DNA of 33,061 bases from the IMG/VR virus record IMGVR_UViG_3300044821_000201; one strand, given 5' to 3'. The DNA is from a virus. The position numbers and the translations under genes are program-made. Below are positions 8,286-17,449 of the stretch, piece after piece (positions within the stretch are counted from its first letter, which is position 1; each line of letters starts with the position of its first letter). The notes under the pieces were generated by a model that was not told where the DNA came from, made no database searches, and was given only the letters and a program-made list of their open reading frames with translations.

Positions 8286-8550
8286 AACGAACCATGGGCC
8301 GTGCCTTGTCTGCGGGCGCCCCATCCTGTATCTGACGGCCAGATTCTGTAGTCCTGGCTGCAACCTTGACTTCCTGACGAACGGTGTCAGCGTCCGGGAA
8401 GAGCCCGTCCCTTCCGACCCGACGCCCGTCGGGGAGCCGGAACCGGCCGTGGGACCGGAACCGGCCGTCGAGCCCGAGCCAACGGGCTTCATGTCCTTGA
8501 CTCCTCCGCCTGACGAGCCGCCTGTGAAGCGACGTCGGATCTACTTCTAG
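8278..8550 (+). CDS. small Zn-ribbon protein with PEPAVGPEPAV repeats
   Basis: GTG start overlapping upstream stop; CxxC...CxxC; Pro/Glu repeat. Confidence 0.4.
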   Translation: MGKTNHGPCLVCGRPILYLTARFCSPGCNLDFLTNGVSVREEPVPSDPTPVGEPEPAVGPEPAVEPEPTGFMSLTPPPDEPPVKRRRIYF

Positions 8551-8969
8551 TCGGACGGGATTGGGATCATCTCGAGCGGCATCCGCATCTTGAAAACGAT
8601 GCACCCCTCGTCCTTGGTCACCCACTCCCACCGCCAGTCCTCCTCCATGTAGCCGTTGCGGAAGCACCACTCCATGAGGAAGAACTGCGACACCTTCGCG
8701 AGCGACCGGTTCTCACGGGCCTTCTTCAGGCCCCTGACAAGGTGCTCGATAAGCGGGTCCGACACCGCCCGCAGGACGGCCCTTGGGTCCTCCGTCCCGT
8801 TCCGGTAGACGCCCATCATGCATATGGCCGTGACCGCCTCTACCTCGGCCGGGTCCGCTTTTTCGCCCTCCGGGACCATCTGGGCGATCATGTTCTTGGC
8901 CACCTCTGCCATCAGCGTCGGCAATCCGGTCTGCATTGGTGTACTGTACGGACCAACATGGCAGAACAC
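8547..8969 (-). CDS. hypothetical protein (alternative ATG start at 8936)
   Basis: Protein-like composition (W, M, F, N present), minus strand. Confidence 0.45.
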   Translation of the reverse strand: MFCHVGPYSTPMQTGLPTLMAEVAKNMIAQMVPEGEKADPAEVEAVTAICMMGVYRNGTEDPRAVLRAVSDPLIEHLVRGLKKARENRSLAKVSQFFLMEWCFRNGYMEEDWRWEWVTKDEGCIVFKMRMPLEMIPIPSD

Positions 8970-9299
8970 TTGATTAAGTCACTCGGTCACGGTGTGTACC
9001 ACGTCGGGGCGGATGACGTCGCGGCCGCGAGGAATGTCGCGGAGCAGATCGGGGTTACCCTGGAGGTCTGGTCGGACCCGGAGGAGGCCGGATCCCACAC
9101 GGCCGTGCTCGAGTCCGGTTTCAACACCTCCCGGTACGAGGGGTCGGTCGCGACCGACCCCGAGGTCGCCGCCTCCGTGAGACGGGCTGTGGCGTGCTCG
9201 CCACCCGGCTCCCTGGCGCGATCTCGTCTGCGCTCCGTCTCGGAAGCATGCGTCGTCTTGTTCGGGGGGACCTACGATGCGTCGACCCTCGAGCCCTGA
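8958..9299 (+). CDS. hypothetical protein
   Basis: In-frame ATG at 8958 within ORF 8742-9299; the upstream part overlaps the minus-strand gene. Confidence 0.4.
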   Translation: MAEHLIKSLGHGVYHVGADDVAAARNVAEQIGVTLEVWSDPEEAGSHTAVLESGFNTSRYEGSVATDPEVAASVRRAVACSPPGSLARSRLRSVSEACVVLFGGTYDASTLEP

Positions 9300-9443
9300 C
9301 CCGCGGATCCAGTATGCCCTGTCGGAGGCGAACGTCGCGTTCGTCAGGAGAGAGGACCGTCACCGTGTTGATCCGATGGCGATCATGTTGTTCCTCATGT
9401 CAGGTCTAGCCCTGCTTACCTACATGATGCATGCCTGAAAAGT

Positions 9444-9477
9444 AAAACGTCAAATGTGGCCGTTTGCCACATTTAGG
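9444..9477 (+). terminator. palindromic hairpin aaatgtggc-cgttt-gccacattt followed by T6 run; terminator or operator
   Basis: Read directly in AT-richer intergenic region 9300-9500. Confidence 0.35.
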
Positions 9478-9499
9478 TCCTTTTTTAGTCGTGCTCTCT

Positions 9500-9805
9500 A
9501 TGGACGATGCCTCCATAGAGAGGATGGCGACCCGTATCGCCGGCGGGACCGCGCCGGAGTCGGACCCGCTGTTCGAGCTCGAGAGGCTGATTGCCGAGTG
9601 CAGGGGTGGTATGGCGTCCGTCGTGGCAGGCGTCAGCGAGGGGAGGCTGTCCGAAGAGTCCATGTCGAGGCTCTGGCGTTCCCTTAACGACAGGGCCCGC
9701 GGGGCCTGTGAGAGCCTAAGGTCTTGCAAGAGCGAGATCGAAGCCGTGCTTCCCAGAACCAAGCCGGGATGGGAGCCGGCGCCAGTGGAGAGTGCCCCGC
9801 GATGA
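9500..9805 (+). CDS. hypothetical protein
   Basis: ATG at 9500 after the hairpin/T-run; antisense ORF 9406-9762 is Ser-rich junk. Confidence 0.4.
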   Translation: MDDASIERMATRIAGGTAPESDPLFELERLIAECRGGMASVVAGVSEGRLSEESMSRLWRSLNDRARGACESLRSCKSEIEAVLPRTKPGWEPAPVESAPR

Positions 9806-10125
9806 CGTATCCCAGCGAGTTCGTGGAAAAGGTCTGCTCAGAGTACGGGTCAGCGGAGATCCGGGCCGCGGCCGAGACCGGAAGGTACGGGCTCGGAATC
9901 CACCTCTCGCGCGGGGCGGTCATGATGATGTCCCCGGAGGACATCGTGGCGTCCATAGAGGCTGGCGACTGTGCCCAGGTGAGGGACGACGCCGCCCGGG
10001 CCGTGCGTCGTCGGCAGCTCCACGCTGAATGGATGAGGATAATCCTTAGGAGCCTTTCTTCCCCATCCTCTCACCCTTCGCTCCCAAAGCGCTCTCGCCC
10101 CCAATGGTCTGAGGTCACTCCGTAG
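9802..10125 (+). CDS. hypothetical protein
   Basis: ATGA overlap with upstream gene. Confidence 0.4.
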   Translation: MTYPSEFVEKVCSEYGSAEIRAAAETGRYGLGIHLSRGAVMMMSPEDIVASIEAGDCAQVRDDAARAVRRRQLHAEWMRIILRSLSSPSSHPSLPKRSRPQWSEVTP

Positions 10126-10154
10126 ATCCACGCGGTATGAGCTTAAGGTGACCG

Positions 10155-10481
10155 ATGAGAGACGAGAAGCCAACGAGGAAAGACCGCATCGTCCTACTCG
10201 GACCTGTTGGGCCCGACCGAAGCTTTCCGGCCCTGCGTTTGAGCGCTGATAAGTCCGTCGTTGGGATCATGACACCGGTCGTTGACGGTCAGTCGCTCGG
10301 AGAACAGGATGTGCTGAGTCTGGAGCCTCTCAGCGGGACCGGCGTGTATGAGGCGACGGTCCTCTACGAGGGTCGCCCGTCGCCGCACGCGGGGCCTGCC
10401 ATGGTGAACAGCCGGGAGTTCCGGTCCGGGTGGGACGCCGTGTTCGGCGGAGCCCCCTCCAAGCGCGTCGTGGCGAACTGA
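10155..10481 (+). CDS. hypothetical protein
   Basis: ORF with GC3 bias. Confidence 0.4.
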   Translation: MRDEKPTRKDRIVLLGPVGPDRSFPALRLSADKSVVGIMTPVVDGQSLGEQDVLSLEPLSGTGVYEATVLYEGRPSPHAGPAMVNSREFRSGWDAVFGGAPSKRVVAN

Positions 10482-10536
10482 CGTAGGCCGACGAAAACCT
10501 GGTGTTATCACTTCCCCGTGATTGTAACATCGGACC

Positions 10537-11025
10537 ATGGACTTAGTCGAATACCGGCTCACGGGGAGGCCTTTCCAGTACGGTCCGGGACGCCCGATGA
10601 CGGGCGAGGAGCGAGCCTTCATGGAGGGGCTCTTGGGCACGTACTGGAAGCCGATGGCGATGGACTTCGGGCGGACGGGAAAGTACCCGGAGGGAGTTCT
10701 CACCCACGCTGAGGTGGAACGCCTCAGCAACGTCATCCGGCAGTGCCGGCTCCCGACCACCATCGGGTCAGGGATGTTCAGCCTCCCTGGCTACTCGCTC
10801 GTAGTCTACGACTCCCCGGAGCCGAAGGGTATGCTCGTGGAGAAGCCGGAGATTCTTTTCGTCCTCATGAACACCCACATGGAGTGGGGTCAGGAAGAGC
10901 GTGGGACGAGCCATCAGAGGTCATGGATCTTCTTCACAGGTTTCACGCACTCGCCAGACAACCTGACTCTTCTCGACTATTACGGGATCGAGAAGCCGGA
11001 GTCCCGCGAGAAATATGATTATTGA
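10537..11025 (+). CDS. hypothetical protein
   Basis: Diverse composition (W, Y, F, M, H). Confidence 0.45.
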   Translation: MDLVEYRLTGRPFQYGPGRPMTGEERAFMEGLLGTYWKPMAMDFGRTGKYPEGVLTHAEVERLSNVIRQCRLPTTIGSGMFSLPGYSLVVYDSPEPKGMLVEKPEILFVLMNTHMEWGQEERGTSHQRSWIFFTGFTHSPDNLTLLDYYGIEKPESREKYDY

Positions 11026-11192
11026 CATGAAGTCTCTCCTGATCCCGAATGTCGACGGCTTACTGGACATTTTGTCCTCTGCCGGCGGCCTTCGGGTGTC
11101 GGCCAAGCCGTAGACTGTCGGGACTTCCTCGTATTAGGGCTGTGGACAGCAACCCGAAGAGACCTCTCCGGCCGAGAGGGCCGATACCCGAA

Positions 11193-12917
11193 ATGCCAGA
11201 GGTCCCGGAGTCCGTTCCAAGCAAAGCCGTAACGGAGAAGACTGCCCCCATCCAATACATTCCGGGGCAGCACGTCAGAATCCGCTCTAGCGGGAAGACT
11301 GGCGATGCCTCTACCCCAGCGTACAGGGAGGGCATCCATGACTCGATCAAGAAGAGTTTGGTCGCGGGCCGTCAGCTGATCTCCCCTTATCTGGTTCTCC
11401 GCGTCATGATGTCCGACGGCTTCGACTTCGTCGTCGGGTCAGGGCCGAAAGGGATGATCGACGTCATGGATGAGGTGATCGCGGCCGCGCCGGAGTTCGA
11501 CCTGGAGCCGTTGTCCGTGAAGTTGTTCGGTACCACGGAGGTAATATATAAGCCCAGGGGGCTCCCCCTCGAGGACGCCCTGAAGAAGGAGTGTCCCGAC
11601 ATCTTCGACAGGATTCAGATAGTCGGACCAACCTCATACGTCATCCTGAACGACCTCGACTTCGCCCGTAAGAAGACCCTGGAGGCGAAGGTTGCGAAGA
11701 CGCAGGCAAACCTGCTGAAGGTCAGGTCTATGATGTCCATGGCGGACCGCATAGTCCCGCTCGTCCAGGATAAGGAGTATGTTACCCTCGTCGAGATCGC
11801 CGCCCAGCTCGCGGGGACCGACGATGAGAGGGCTGACCCGAACGGGAAGTTCCGGAAGCAGATAGCCGAGATCCTGAAGGAGCTCGAGTTCACCGCAGAC
11901 ACCATGGAGGTCGGCGGGAAGAGAACGAAGGTTTTCAGGGCCCCGTTCGCCGAGACGGGACAACCGCCGCTGCCGGCCGAGCCGGAGGAGACGACGGGAA
12001 TGAAAGAGCAGACCGAAGAGGATATTCAGGAGGAGACAATCCCTCTCTCGGAGACTCCGCAAAATCCGCAAGATATGGTCGAGGACGAGAGTGTCCCGTT
12101 GGACCGGAAGGAGCTGCCCGCGGACTGGAAAGTGAAGGTTCAGACTTTCCTGCAGGGTTCCTTGTCCCGGTCCTACATGTCGCTCGAGGAGCTTATCCTT
12201 AGGGCCGTGGGGAAGATCCCGCAGGAGCTCGGTGTGTCGAGCCGCATTCAGGTGTCGAAGTACATGTCTTCTCTCGGCCTGGACTCTACTGTGATCGACG
12301 AGAGAAAGGTATTCCATCCTGAGGGGAACGCTCCCTCCGAGGAGGAGCTGCGCTCCCATTTTTCCCAGTTGGATCGTGAAATCATGGAAGTCTTGGACAT
12401 CAAGGTGTCTGACGCTCCGCCGTGGATGAACGAGTCCCAGAGGGTGAACCTCTCGTACCTGGAGCATGCGTCACTTCTTCTGTGCGAGGAGGGGACCCAC
12501 ACGAGGTCCGGCCTCTTCCCGGGTCACCCGAGCGTCGACTGGCAGCGCAGGGCCATGGGCGTGTTCCAGTCTTACGGGCTCGTCTCCGTCCACGGGAGCG
12601 CCTTCTTTACCACGTACTCCGGGGTGCAGCCCGCCATCGAGCAGGCGCTGGACAGGGACTTTCTCCTCGGCATATTCTGGAAGCGAGAGACCATCCGGAA
12701 CGAGGAGGTCGAGGAAGAGAAGCCCGAGCCCGAGAAAGCCGAACCCGAGCCCGAGAAGGCCCTGTCCGAGGCTGCGAAGGATGACGGGGAGGAGACCGAT
12801 CTCATCAAGATGGTGCAAGACATGTTCGAAGCCTTGAAGAACCATGCCGAGGAGATACGCAAGTTGAAGAAGCGGGTGAAGCAGCTTGAGGGCGGAAAGG
12901 GTCTGACCGATGCTTGA
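11193..12917 (+). CDS. large hypothetical protein with acidic PE-rich linker and C-terminal coiled coil
   Basis: Long GC3-rich ORF. ORF track starts at 11049, but the first 48 aa are Arg/Pro junk, so ATG 11193 is preferred. Tandem EKPEPEKAEPEPEKA near the C-terminus. Confidence 0.5.
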   Translation: MPEVPESVPSKAVTEKTAPIQYIPGQHVRIRSSGKTGDASTPAYREGIHDSIKKSLVAGRQLISPYLVLRVMMSDGFDFVVGSGPKGMIDVMDEVIAAAPEFDLEPLSVKLFGTTEVIYKPRGLPLEDALKKECPDIFDRIQIVGPTSYVILNDLDFARKKTLEAKVAKTQANLLKVRSMMSMADRIVPLVQDKEYVTLVEIAAQLAGTDDERADPNGKFRKQIAEILKELEFTADTMEVGGKRTKVFRAPFAETGQPPLPAEPEETTGMKEQTEEDIQEETIPLSETPQNPQDMVEDESVPLDRKELPADWKVKVQTFLQGSLSRSYMSLEELILRAVGKIPQELGVSSRIQVSKYMSSLGLDSTVIDERKVFHPEGNAPSEEELRSHFSQLDREIMEVLDIKVSDAPPWMNESQRVNLSYLEHASLLLCEEGTHTRSGLFPGHPSVDWQRRAMGVFQSYGLVSVHGSAFFTTYSGVQPAIEQALDRDFLLGIFWKRETIRNEEVEEEKPEPEKAEPEPEKALSEAAKDDGEETDLIKMVQDMFEALKNHAEEIRKLKKRVKQLEGGKGLTDA

Positions 12918-13695
12918 CGCCGATTCCGCTGTTGAGGCGTGGGCCAAGGCGAAGACGCACCGGGAGAAGGCGGCCGCGGAGAAGTCTCTCCGGGACCATA
13001 TGAAGGTCAAGTCCCGAGATCTGACCGTCCTCCTGTCCGGAGCCTCGACCTATGAGCTCCAGGCGAGGAGCCAGTTCATCCTTTCCGGGTCCGAGTATAT
13101 TTGGTCCCTTCTTGACGACGAGGAGGTCCAGATATCGGTGGCCAGGAGGATCCTCGTGTCCGCCAGGACGATGTCAAAGTCCACCGGAAGAAATTTGGAC
13201 GACGTCCTCCGGGAGGTGTACCTCGACTCCCAGAGGGAGGCCGGCCCGAAGGCCGAGTCCATCTCTTCGAAGAAGTGGGAGCTCCTCCGGGAGACTGTGT
13301 CGTCCATCGTCTCGAGCGAACTTGACGGGCTGCACGATATTGAGCGCCGGGCAGCTCTGGACGAGGCCCTGATAGAGATCGACGTGCTCGTCCGTCAGCT
13401 CAAGGCGAAGATCCGCTCCCGGCTCAAGAAGGGCCTGCCCAAATCCTGGGAGGCTGTCTCCGAGAGGAACGAGCGCCGCGAGTTCTGTGCCGACATGCGG
13501 GAGCTCGGTATGGACCCGCCGAGGTCCGGGAGGCTCCCAAACATGGACGAGGTGAGAAGGACCCACCGGCGTGTGGCGGCGGACCATCATCCTGACCGGA
13601 GGAAGGATCAGGGGGCTAAAGACAAGTTTCAACGTGTAAACGAGGCCTACCAGCGTATACTAGCCTACGTAGGATCGAAGAAAGGAACCGAATGA
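12910..13695 (+). CDS. J-domain (DnaJ-like) protein with C-terminal J-domain
   Basis: C-terminus ...RRTHRRVAADHHPDRRKDQGAKDKFQRVNEAYQRILAY carries the HPD motif; ATG overlaps the upstream stop. Confidence 0.7.
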   Translation: MLDADSAVEAWAKAKTHREKAAAEKSLRDHMKVKSRDLTVLLSGASTYELQARSQFILSGSEYIWSLLDDEEVQISVARRILVSARTMSKSTGRNLDDVLREVYLDSQREAGPKAESISSKKWELLRETVSSIVSSELDGLHDIERRAALDEALIEIDVLVRQLKAKIRSRLKKGLPKSWEAVSERNERREFCADMRELGMDPPRSGRLPNMDEVRRTHRRVAADHHPDRRKDQGAKDKFQRVNEAYQRILAYVGSKKGTE

Positions 13696-14213
13696 GCAAC
13701 AGTGTAAAGTACGTGACCCCGACGGAGCCGATGACGAGCTCGGCCCGAGCAGCCCATTATCTCGTCTTCTGTCACAAGCAGCGCCAAGGAGAGCGTATCT
13801 CGTGGCGCGAGATCGCCCGGGTTGTCGACAATCTTCAACATCTTCCGACCAAAGCGAACACGAAGGTCGTGTCGCTCTTCCGAAGCTCCCACCACGTGGG
13901 GCGCGTCATGCGCGAGACGTACGAGCTCGACATCGAGTCGAACGGCGATGGGGTCCGCATCTTGGACCACGTCCATGACGTCGTCAAGTCGAGCGTGGCG
14001 AAGGCGGCGAAAGAGCTAGACCTCAAGCGTAAAAAGCTCGACGACCGTCTCACCCTCGTGAACAAGAAGCGCGGGCAGTTCAAAGACAATGAAGAGGGGC
14101 GGGCTCTCAAGCGCTTCGTCGACCGAGCCTCTGCCGCGACAAAGAGCGTGCGCAACCAGCTTCCGAGCGCGAACGAGATCAAGGGCCTCCTCGTCTCCGG
14201 GGATGATGACTGA
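13692..14213 (+). CDS. hypothetical protein
   Basis: ATGA overlap; protein-like composition. Confidence 0.5.
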   Translation: MSNSVKYVTPTEPMTSSARAAHYLVFCHKQRQGERISWREIARVVDNLQHLPTKANTKVVSLFRSSHHVGRVMRETYELDIESNGDGVRILDHVHDVVKSSVAKAAKELDLKRKKLDDRLTLVNKKRGQFKDNEEGRALKRFVDRASAATKSVRNQLPSANEIKGLLVSGDDD

Positions 14214-14562
14214 GTCCCAGGCTCCCCTCGACTTCGGGTCCGCGCACCTGCGGGACCTCCGTGTCTACCTCTTGAGGAAGGTCCTCGAGCGGTACGGGCA
14301 CGGGGACCTGCGCACGTCTCCCGCACCGGGCCGCGAGTATGCCCTGAAGGCTGTGGCCGAGGAGTCGGGAGGAAAGCTTCTGAGCTACGCCTGCGACGTC
14401 TGGTCGGTCCCGCTCGGCGAGCTCGCGAGGCGGGCAGGCGTGGAGCAGACTGTAATATCTTCCTACGTCATGGGAATGCGCCCCATGGACTGGCCCCAGA
14501 CGAAGGCCTTGTCGAACGCCCTCCACGACATGGTCGCGGAGCGGGCCCGGAAGAGCCCGTGA
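14203..14562 (+). CDS. hypothetical protein
   Basis: ATGATG start overlapping the upstream 3' end by 11 nt. Confidence 0.45.
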   Translation: MMTESQAPLDFGSAHLRDLRVYLLRKVLERYGHGDLRTSPAPGREYALKAVAEESGGKLLSYACDVWSVPLGELARRAGVEQTVISSYVMGMRPMDWPQTKALSNALHDMVAERARKSP

Positions 14563-14747
14563 AAGCCAAGGACGGGTTCAGGTACGGGCAGCAGGTCGCG
14601 TTCCGCGACAAGCGCGGCATTGTCCTCGGCCGTCCGCGGGACGTCAAGGGTAAGTATCTGATAGGCTGTAACGACGGAGTGAAGAGGATGATCCTGGCCA
14701 GCGAGATGACGCCCGTCATGGCCGGAACAGAGAAGAAGAATGGCTGA
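14559..14747 (+). CDS. hypothetical small protein
   Basis: GTGA overlap. Confidence 0.4.
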   Translation: MKAKDGFRYGQQVAFRDKRGIVLGRPRDVKGKYLIGCNDGVKRMILASEMTPVMAGTEKKNG

Positions 14748-15054
14748 CCAGAGACAGATGTTGATAGCGCTCCTCGGGGATGACCGGCTCCAGGACAAGG
14801 AGAGAACGGCGTTCGAGGACATGTCGAGCGGGCTCGAGCTGAGCCCGAAGGCGAAGCTCACCAAGGCCCAGTTCGACTGGGTTGAGCGCAGGTTCCGGGA
14901 GCTCGAGCTCGACGCGGGCGAGTCGCTCAACCTTCACAGCGAGGGGCGCGTGCCAGACGGCCGGATCCACGGCGTCGCGCCGGTTGTGTTTCCCTGGGAG
15001 AACGGCGGGCCTATGTCGAGGCCACTCGGGCCGCCCGGAAGGAAGAAGATATGA
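14740..15054 (+). CDS. hypothetical protein
   Basis: Overlapping start. Confidence 0.45.
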   Translation: MADQRQMLIALLGDDRLQDKERTAFEDMSSGLELSPKAKLTKAQFDWVERRFRELELDAGESLNLHSEGRVPDGRIHGVAPVVFPWENGGPMSRPLGPPGRKKI

Positions 15055-15284
15055 GCCAGGACGACGTAAAGACCGTCAAGTTCGCCATCACCCTCTTGGG
15101 CTCGATGGACAAGGTCGACTTCGTCGACGCGGCGGACCGGCTCGAGAAGGACATGGCGCACCTGGACACAGGGTCGAGGCAATGGGCCCGAAGACTGGCA
15201 GTGGAGAAGTCATGCGGTATGAAGCATACAGACGAAATCAACGACTGGCTCGCGAAGGAGAAGGAGCGGGAGTCCCGGAAGTGA
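15051..15284 (+). CDS. hypothetical protein
   Basis: ATGA overlap. Confidence 0.45.
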   Translation: MSQDDVKTVKFAITLLGSMDKVDFVDAADRLEKDMAHLDTGSRQWARRLAVEKSCGMKHTDEINDWLAKEKERESRK

Positions 15285-15517
15285 AGACCGGGCCGCGCGG
15301 GAAGCGTCAGGCGATAGTCGGTGAAGAGCTTATTCGGCTCAAGGACGGGCAGGCTTACCTTTTCGAGAAGCTGGCCTGCGGCCACTTCATGAAGGGTGTC
15401 TATAACCGGCACGGCGAATCTTGCTCGGCGGGCGAGATGGCCGTGAAGTCCAGGATATGCCGCCAGTGTCTGAACGGGGAGCCCGCGGTCCCTCCGGGGG
15501 AGACCGTCGAGCCGTGA
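15281..15517 (+). CDS. hypothetical small Cys/His protein
   Basis: GTGA overlap; CGH...C..C..C. Confidence 0.4.
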   Translation: MKTGPRGKRQAIVGEELIRLKDGQAYLFEKLACGHFMKGVYNRHGESCSAGEMAVKSRICRQCLNGEPAVPPGETVEP

Positions 15518-15885
15518 TAGAGATTCGGGCGAACCGGGATCTCGACCCTATGATCCAGAACGAGTTTGTCCGTCGAATGGCCGTCCTTCACATGAAGACT
15601 GAGGCCCCCTTCCGGAAGGGGTCCCCAGACCATGTTGGGCACAATCGTCCCCCCAGCAAGGATGAGGAGTCAGAGCTTTTGGAGTTCGCCCGGAAAAACG
15701 ATCTCTTCGGAAAGTTCGACGTCGTGACCGACCGTGTCTTCAATGAAAGGATATCCGCCGGAGGCATGTACGACCTCACGGAGAGGACGGAGAGGACGGA
15801 GAGGACGGAGTTCTATCTTTTTAGGCGACGAGATGTACCATATCTCATGTCACTGAAGACCGCCATGGAAGTAATGGAGACATGA
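15514..15885 (+). CDS. hypothetical protein with TERTERTERTE repeat and C-terminal ...AMEVMET tag
   Basis: GTGA overlap; 9-bp x3 tandem repeat inside; recurrent C-terminal motif. Confidence 0.45.
   Translation: MIEIRANRDLDPMIQNEFVRRMAVLHMKTEAPFRKGSPDHVGHNRPPSKDEESELLEFARKNDLFGKFDVVTDRVFNERISAGGMYDLTERTERTERTEFYLFRRRDVPYLMSLKTAMEVMET
15781..15810 (+). repeat. tandem repeat (gagaggacg)x3 encoding TERTERTERTE
   Basis: Seen directly. Confidence 0.85.
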
Positions 15886-16187
15886 CGATCCATCCGAGAC
15901 TGCTTGAGGCCGAGCAGGAGGTGATCACCGCCAAGGACGTCGTCCGGACGCTCCAGGGCCGGAGGGACGCCCTCGCGCACGATCTCCTCAATGAGGCCCT
16001 CGGGACAAACCATAAGCCGTACGAGGTCGAGCATGGGACGTGGAAATGTCCGGAGGACATGCTAGAGGGCGGCACTGAGCCGGATCCCGGACCTGTCAGC
16101 CCGACGGGCCGGTGCGTGTACGTCCCGAAGGATGACCCGATGCGGGATGACTGCTTGTTCTGTCACGGGCCGGACGAGCGCAAATGA
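15882..16187 (+). CDS. hypothetical protein
   Basis: ATGA overlap. Confidence 0.45.
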   Translation: MTIHPRLLEAEQEVITAKDVVRTLQGRRDALAHDLLNEALGTNHKPYEVEHGTWKCPEDMLEGGTEPDPGPVSPTGRCVYVPKDDPMRDDCLFCHGPDERK

Positions 16188-16552
16188 ATCGCTTTCTGCT
16201 TCTCGCTTTCCTCTTGGTCCTGCCATGTTGCGAGAAAGATGTCAAGAAGCCGGTCATGGACATTGTCTGCCCGGACGGCGTTGGCAGATGCGCCCACGGC
16301 TCGGAGTGCACACCGGACAGCAAGTTCTGCACAAGCCACGTTTTCTGGTGCCAAGACAGGGTCCACTGGTGCGGGGACGGGGCCGTGTGTTCCCCGGACA
16401 ACGCCCAGTGTGTGCACGAGCTTACCTGGTGCCCGGACGGAATCCATTGGTGCTCCGGTGGCCAGAGATGCTCCTTCGACAGCCGGCATTGCGGGGACCA
16501 CAGCGCCGACGACGGTGTGGACATCTCGACCTTCATTCTGTTCACTCAGTGA
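16184..16552 (+). CDS. secreted/lipoprotein-like Cys-rich protein with three W-C-x-D-G-x-x-W-C repeat modules
   Basis: Hydrophobic N-terminus LLLAFLLVLPCC. Three approx 30-aa Cys-rich repeats. Confidence 0.55.
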   Translation: MNRFLLLAFLLVLPCCEKDVKKPVMDIVCPDGVGRCAHGSECTPDSKFCTSHVFWCQDRVHWCGDGAVCSPDNAQCVHELTWCPDGIHWCSGGQRCSFDSRHCGDHSADDGVDISTFILFTQ

Positions 16553-16569
16553 AACGAAGTACTTGCGCG

Positions 16570-16598
16570 ACGACGAAGGTCGTGCTATACTACGCCTA
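16570..16598 (+). promoter_or_regulatory. sigma-70-like promoter TTGCGC-N17-TATACT upstream of the tRNA array
   Basis: -35 at 16570-16575, 17-nt spacer, -10 at 16593-16598, in an AT-richer stretch after the 16552 stop. Confidence 0.4.
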
Positions 16599-16779
16599 GA
16601 GGTTTACTTTCTCATGCACCGAACACATAAAGAGATATCATCGCGGAGGCCCGAAGCGGTCTCGGCGCTATGGTGTGCCTTTACGGCGACGGGCAAAGCC
16701 GGTAGCGATCATACCATGTCCGCCTCCATTCCCTCGGCCCGCAAGCCGCAGCTCGGAAATCAAGGGGTGGACACAGACT

Positions 16780-16855
16780 AGGCGGCATCAACGCCATACT
16801 CACCGAGAAGTGAGACCCTGATGCCGCCCCAGAAAGAGATTTCCCGGGCGGCATC
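16780..16855 (+). repeat. GGCGGCATCA 10-mer present three times (one copy inverted, forming a 10-bp stem with a ~29-nt loop; the third copy precedes a T5 run)
   Basis: Copies at 16780-16789, reverse-complemented at 16819-16828, and 16846-16855. Confidence 0.6.
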
Positions 16856-16881
16856 AGCGTTTTTGGACGCTGGAGCAGAAC

Positions 16882-16968
16882 GCGGCGTGAAAGCGGAGGT
16901 GGTCCTCCCACTCGGCTGTAAACCGAGCGCCCTCGGGCAAGAGGTTCGATTCCTTCCACGCCGCACCA
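16882..16968 (+). tRNA. tRNA-Tyr(GTA)
   Basis: 8-bp acceptor gcggcgtg/cacgccgc. Anticodon arm ctcgg-cuGUAaa-ccgag. Long variable arm. T-loop TTCGATT. ACCA 3' end encoded. D-arm atypical. Confidence 0.6.
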
Positions 16969-17020
16969 GATGTTTCACGAAGAAAGGAAGTACGGAAAGA
17001 AAACCGCGGCTCGCTGAAAG

Positions 17021-17093
17021 CGGGTCCGAGGTGTTGTGGCGGCATGCTGGGCTTTTACCCCACGCGGCGCGGGTTCGAACCCCGCCGGACTCA
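17021..17093 (+). tRNA. tRNA-Lys(TTT)-like
   Basis: Acceptor gggtccg/cggactc (one G-U). T-arm gcggg-TTCGAAC-cccgc. Anticodon loop cuUUUac on a 4-bp stem with C-C at 27:43. Weak D-stem gtgt/gcat. Confidence 0.4.
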
Positions 17094-17104
17094 TTCTCTC
17101 TTTC

Positions 17105-17175
17105 GCGCTTGTAGCTCATTGGTCGAGCCGACGGTTCTTACCCGTCAGGACGAGGTTCGATCCCTCGCAGGCGCA
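17105..17175 (+). tRNA. tRNA-Lys(CTT)
   Basis: Acceptor gcgcttg/caggcgc. D-arm TAGCTCATTGGTCGAGC. Anticodon arm gacgg-uuCUUac-ccgtc. T-loop TTCGATC. Confidence 0.65.
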
Positions 17176-17176
17176 C

Positions 17177-17250
17177 TCCGGGATCGTCTAACGGCAGGAC
17201 AACGAGCTCTGACCTCGTGAAAGTTGGTTCGAATCCAGCTCCCGGAACCA
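17177..17250 (+). tRNA. tRNA-Gln(CTG)
   Basis: Acceptor tccggga/tcccgga. D-stem gtc/gac. Anticodon arm acgag-cuCUGac-ctcgt. T-loop TTCGAAT. ACCA encoded. Begins 1 nt after the previous tRNA. Confidence 0.65.
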
Positions 17251-17370
17251 AGGCCCTCGATAGGGGGCCCTGACCTTTGACAACCTAAAAGCGGCGTGCC
17301 GGTGAGCAAAGCGTTCACGGAGGGCTCCCGCTCGTACGAGGGGGTGGCCACCAGCCGCCCCCGTTCTCAT

Positions 17371-17442
17371 TCCGTCCTAGCACAATGGCCGTGCGCTCGC
17401 CTGTTAAGCGAGATTATCCTGGTTCGAGTCCGGGGGACGGAG
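17371..17442 (+). tRNA. tRNA-Asn(GTT)
   Basis: Acceptor tccgtcc/ggacgga. D-stem gcac/gtgc. Anticodon arm ctcgc-cuGUUaa-gcgag. T-loop TTCGAGT. Confidence 0.65.
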
Positions 17443-17449
17443 CAAGAAA

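Noticed and set aside
17251-17370. Possible extra tRNA in the 120-nt gap between tRNA-Gln and tRNA-Asn (ends ...ggtggccacca)
   Set aside because: The 3' end looks like acceptor+CCA, but no T-arm or anticodon arm could be folded.
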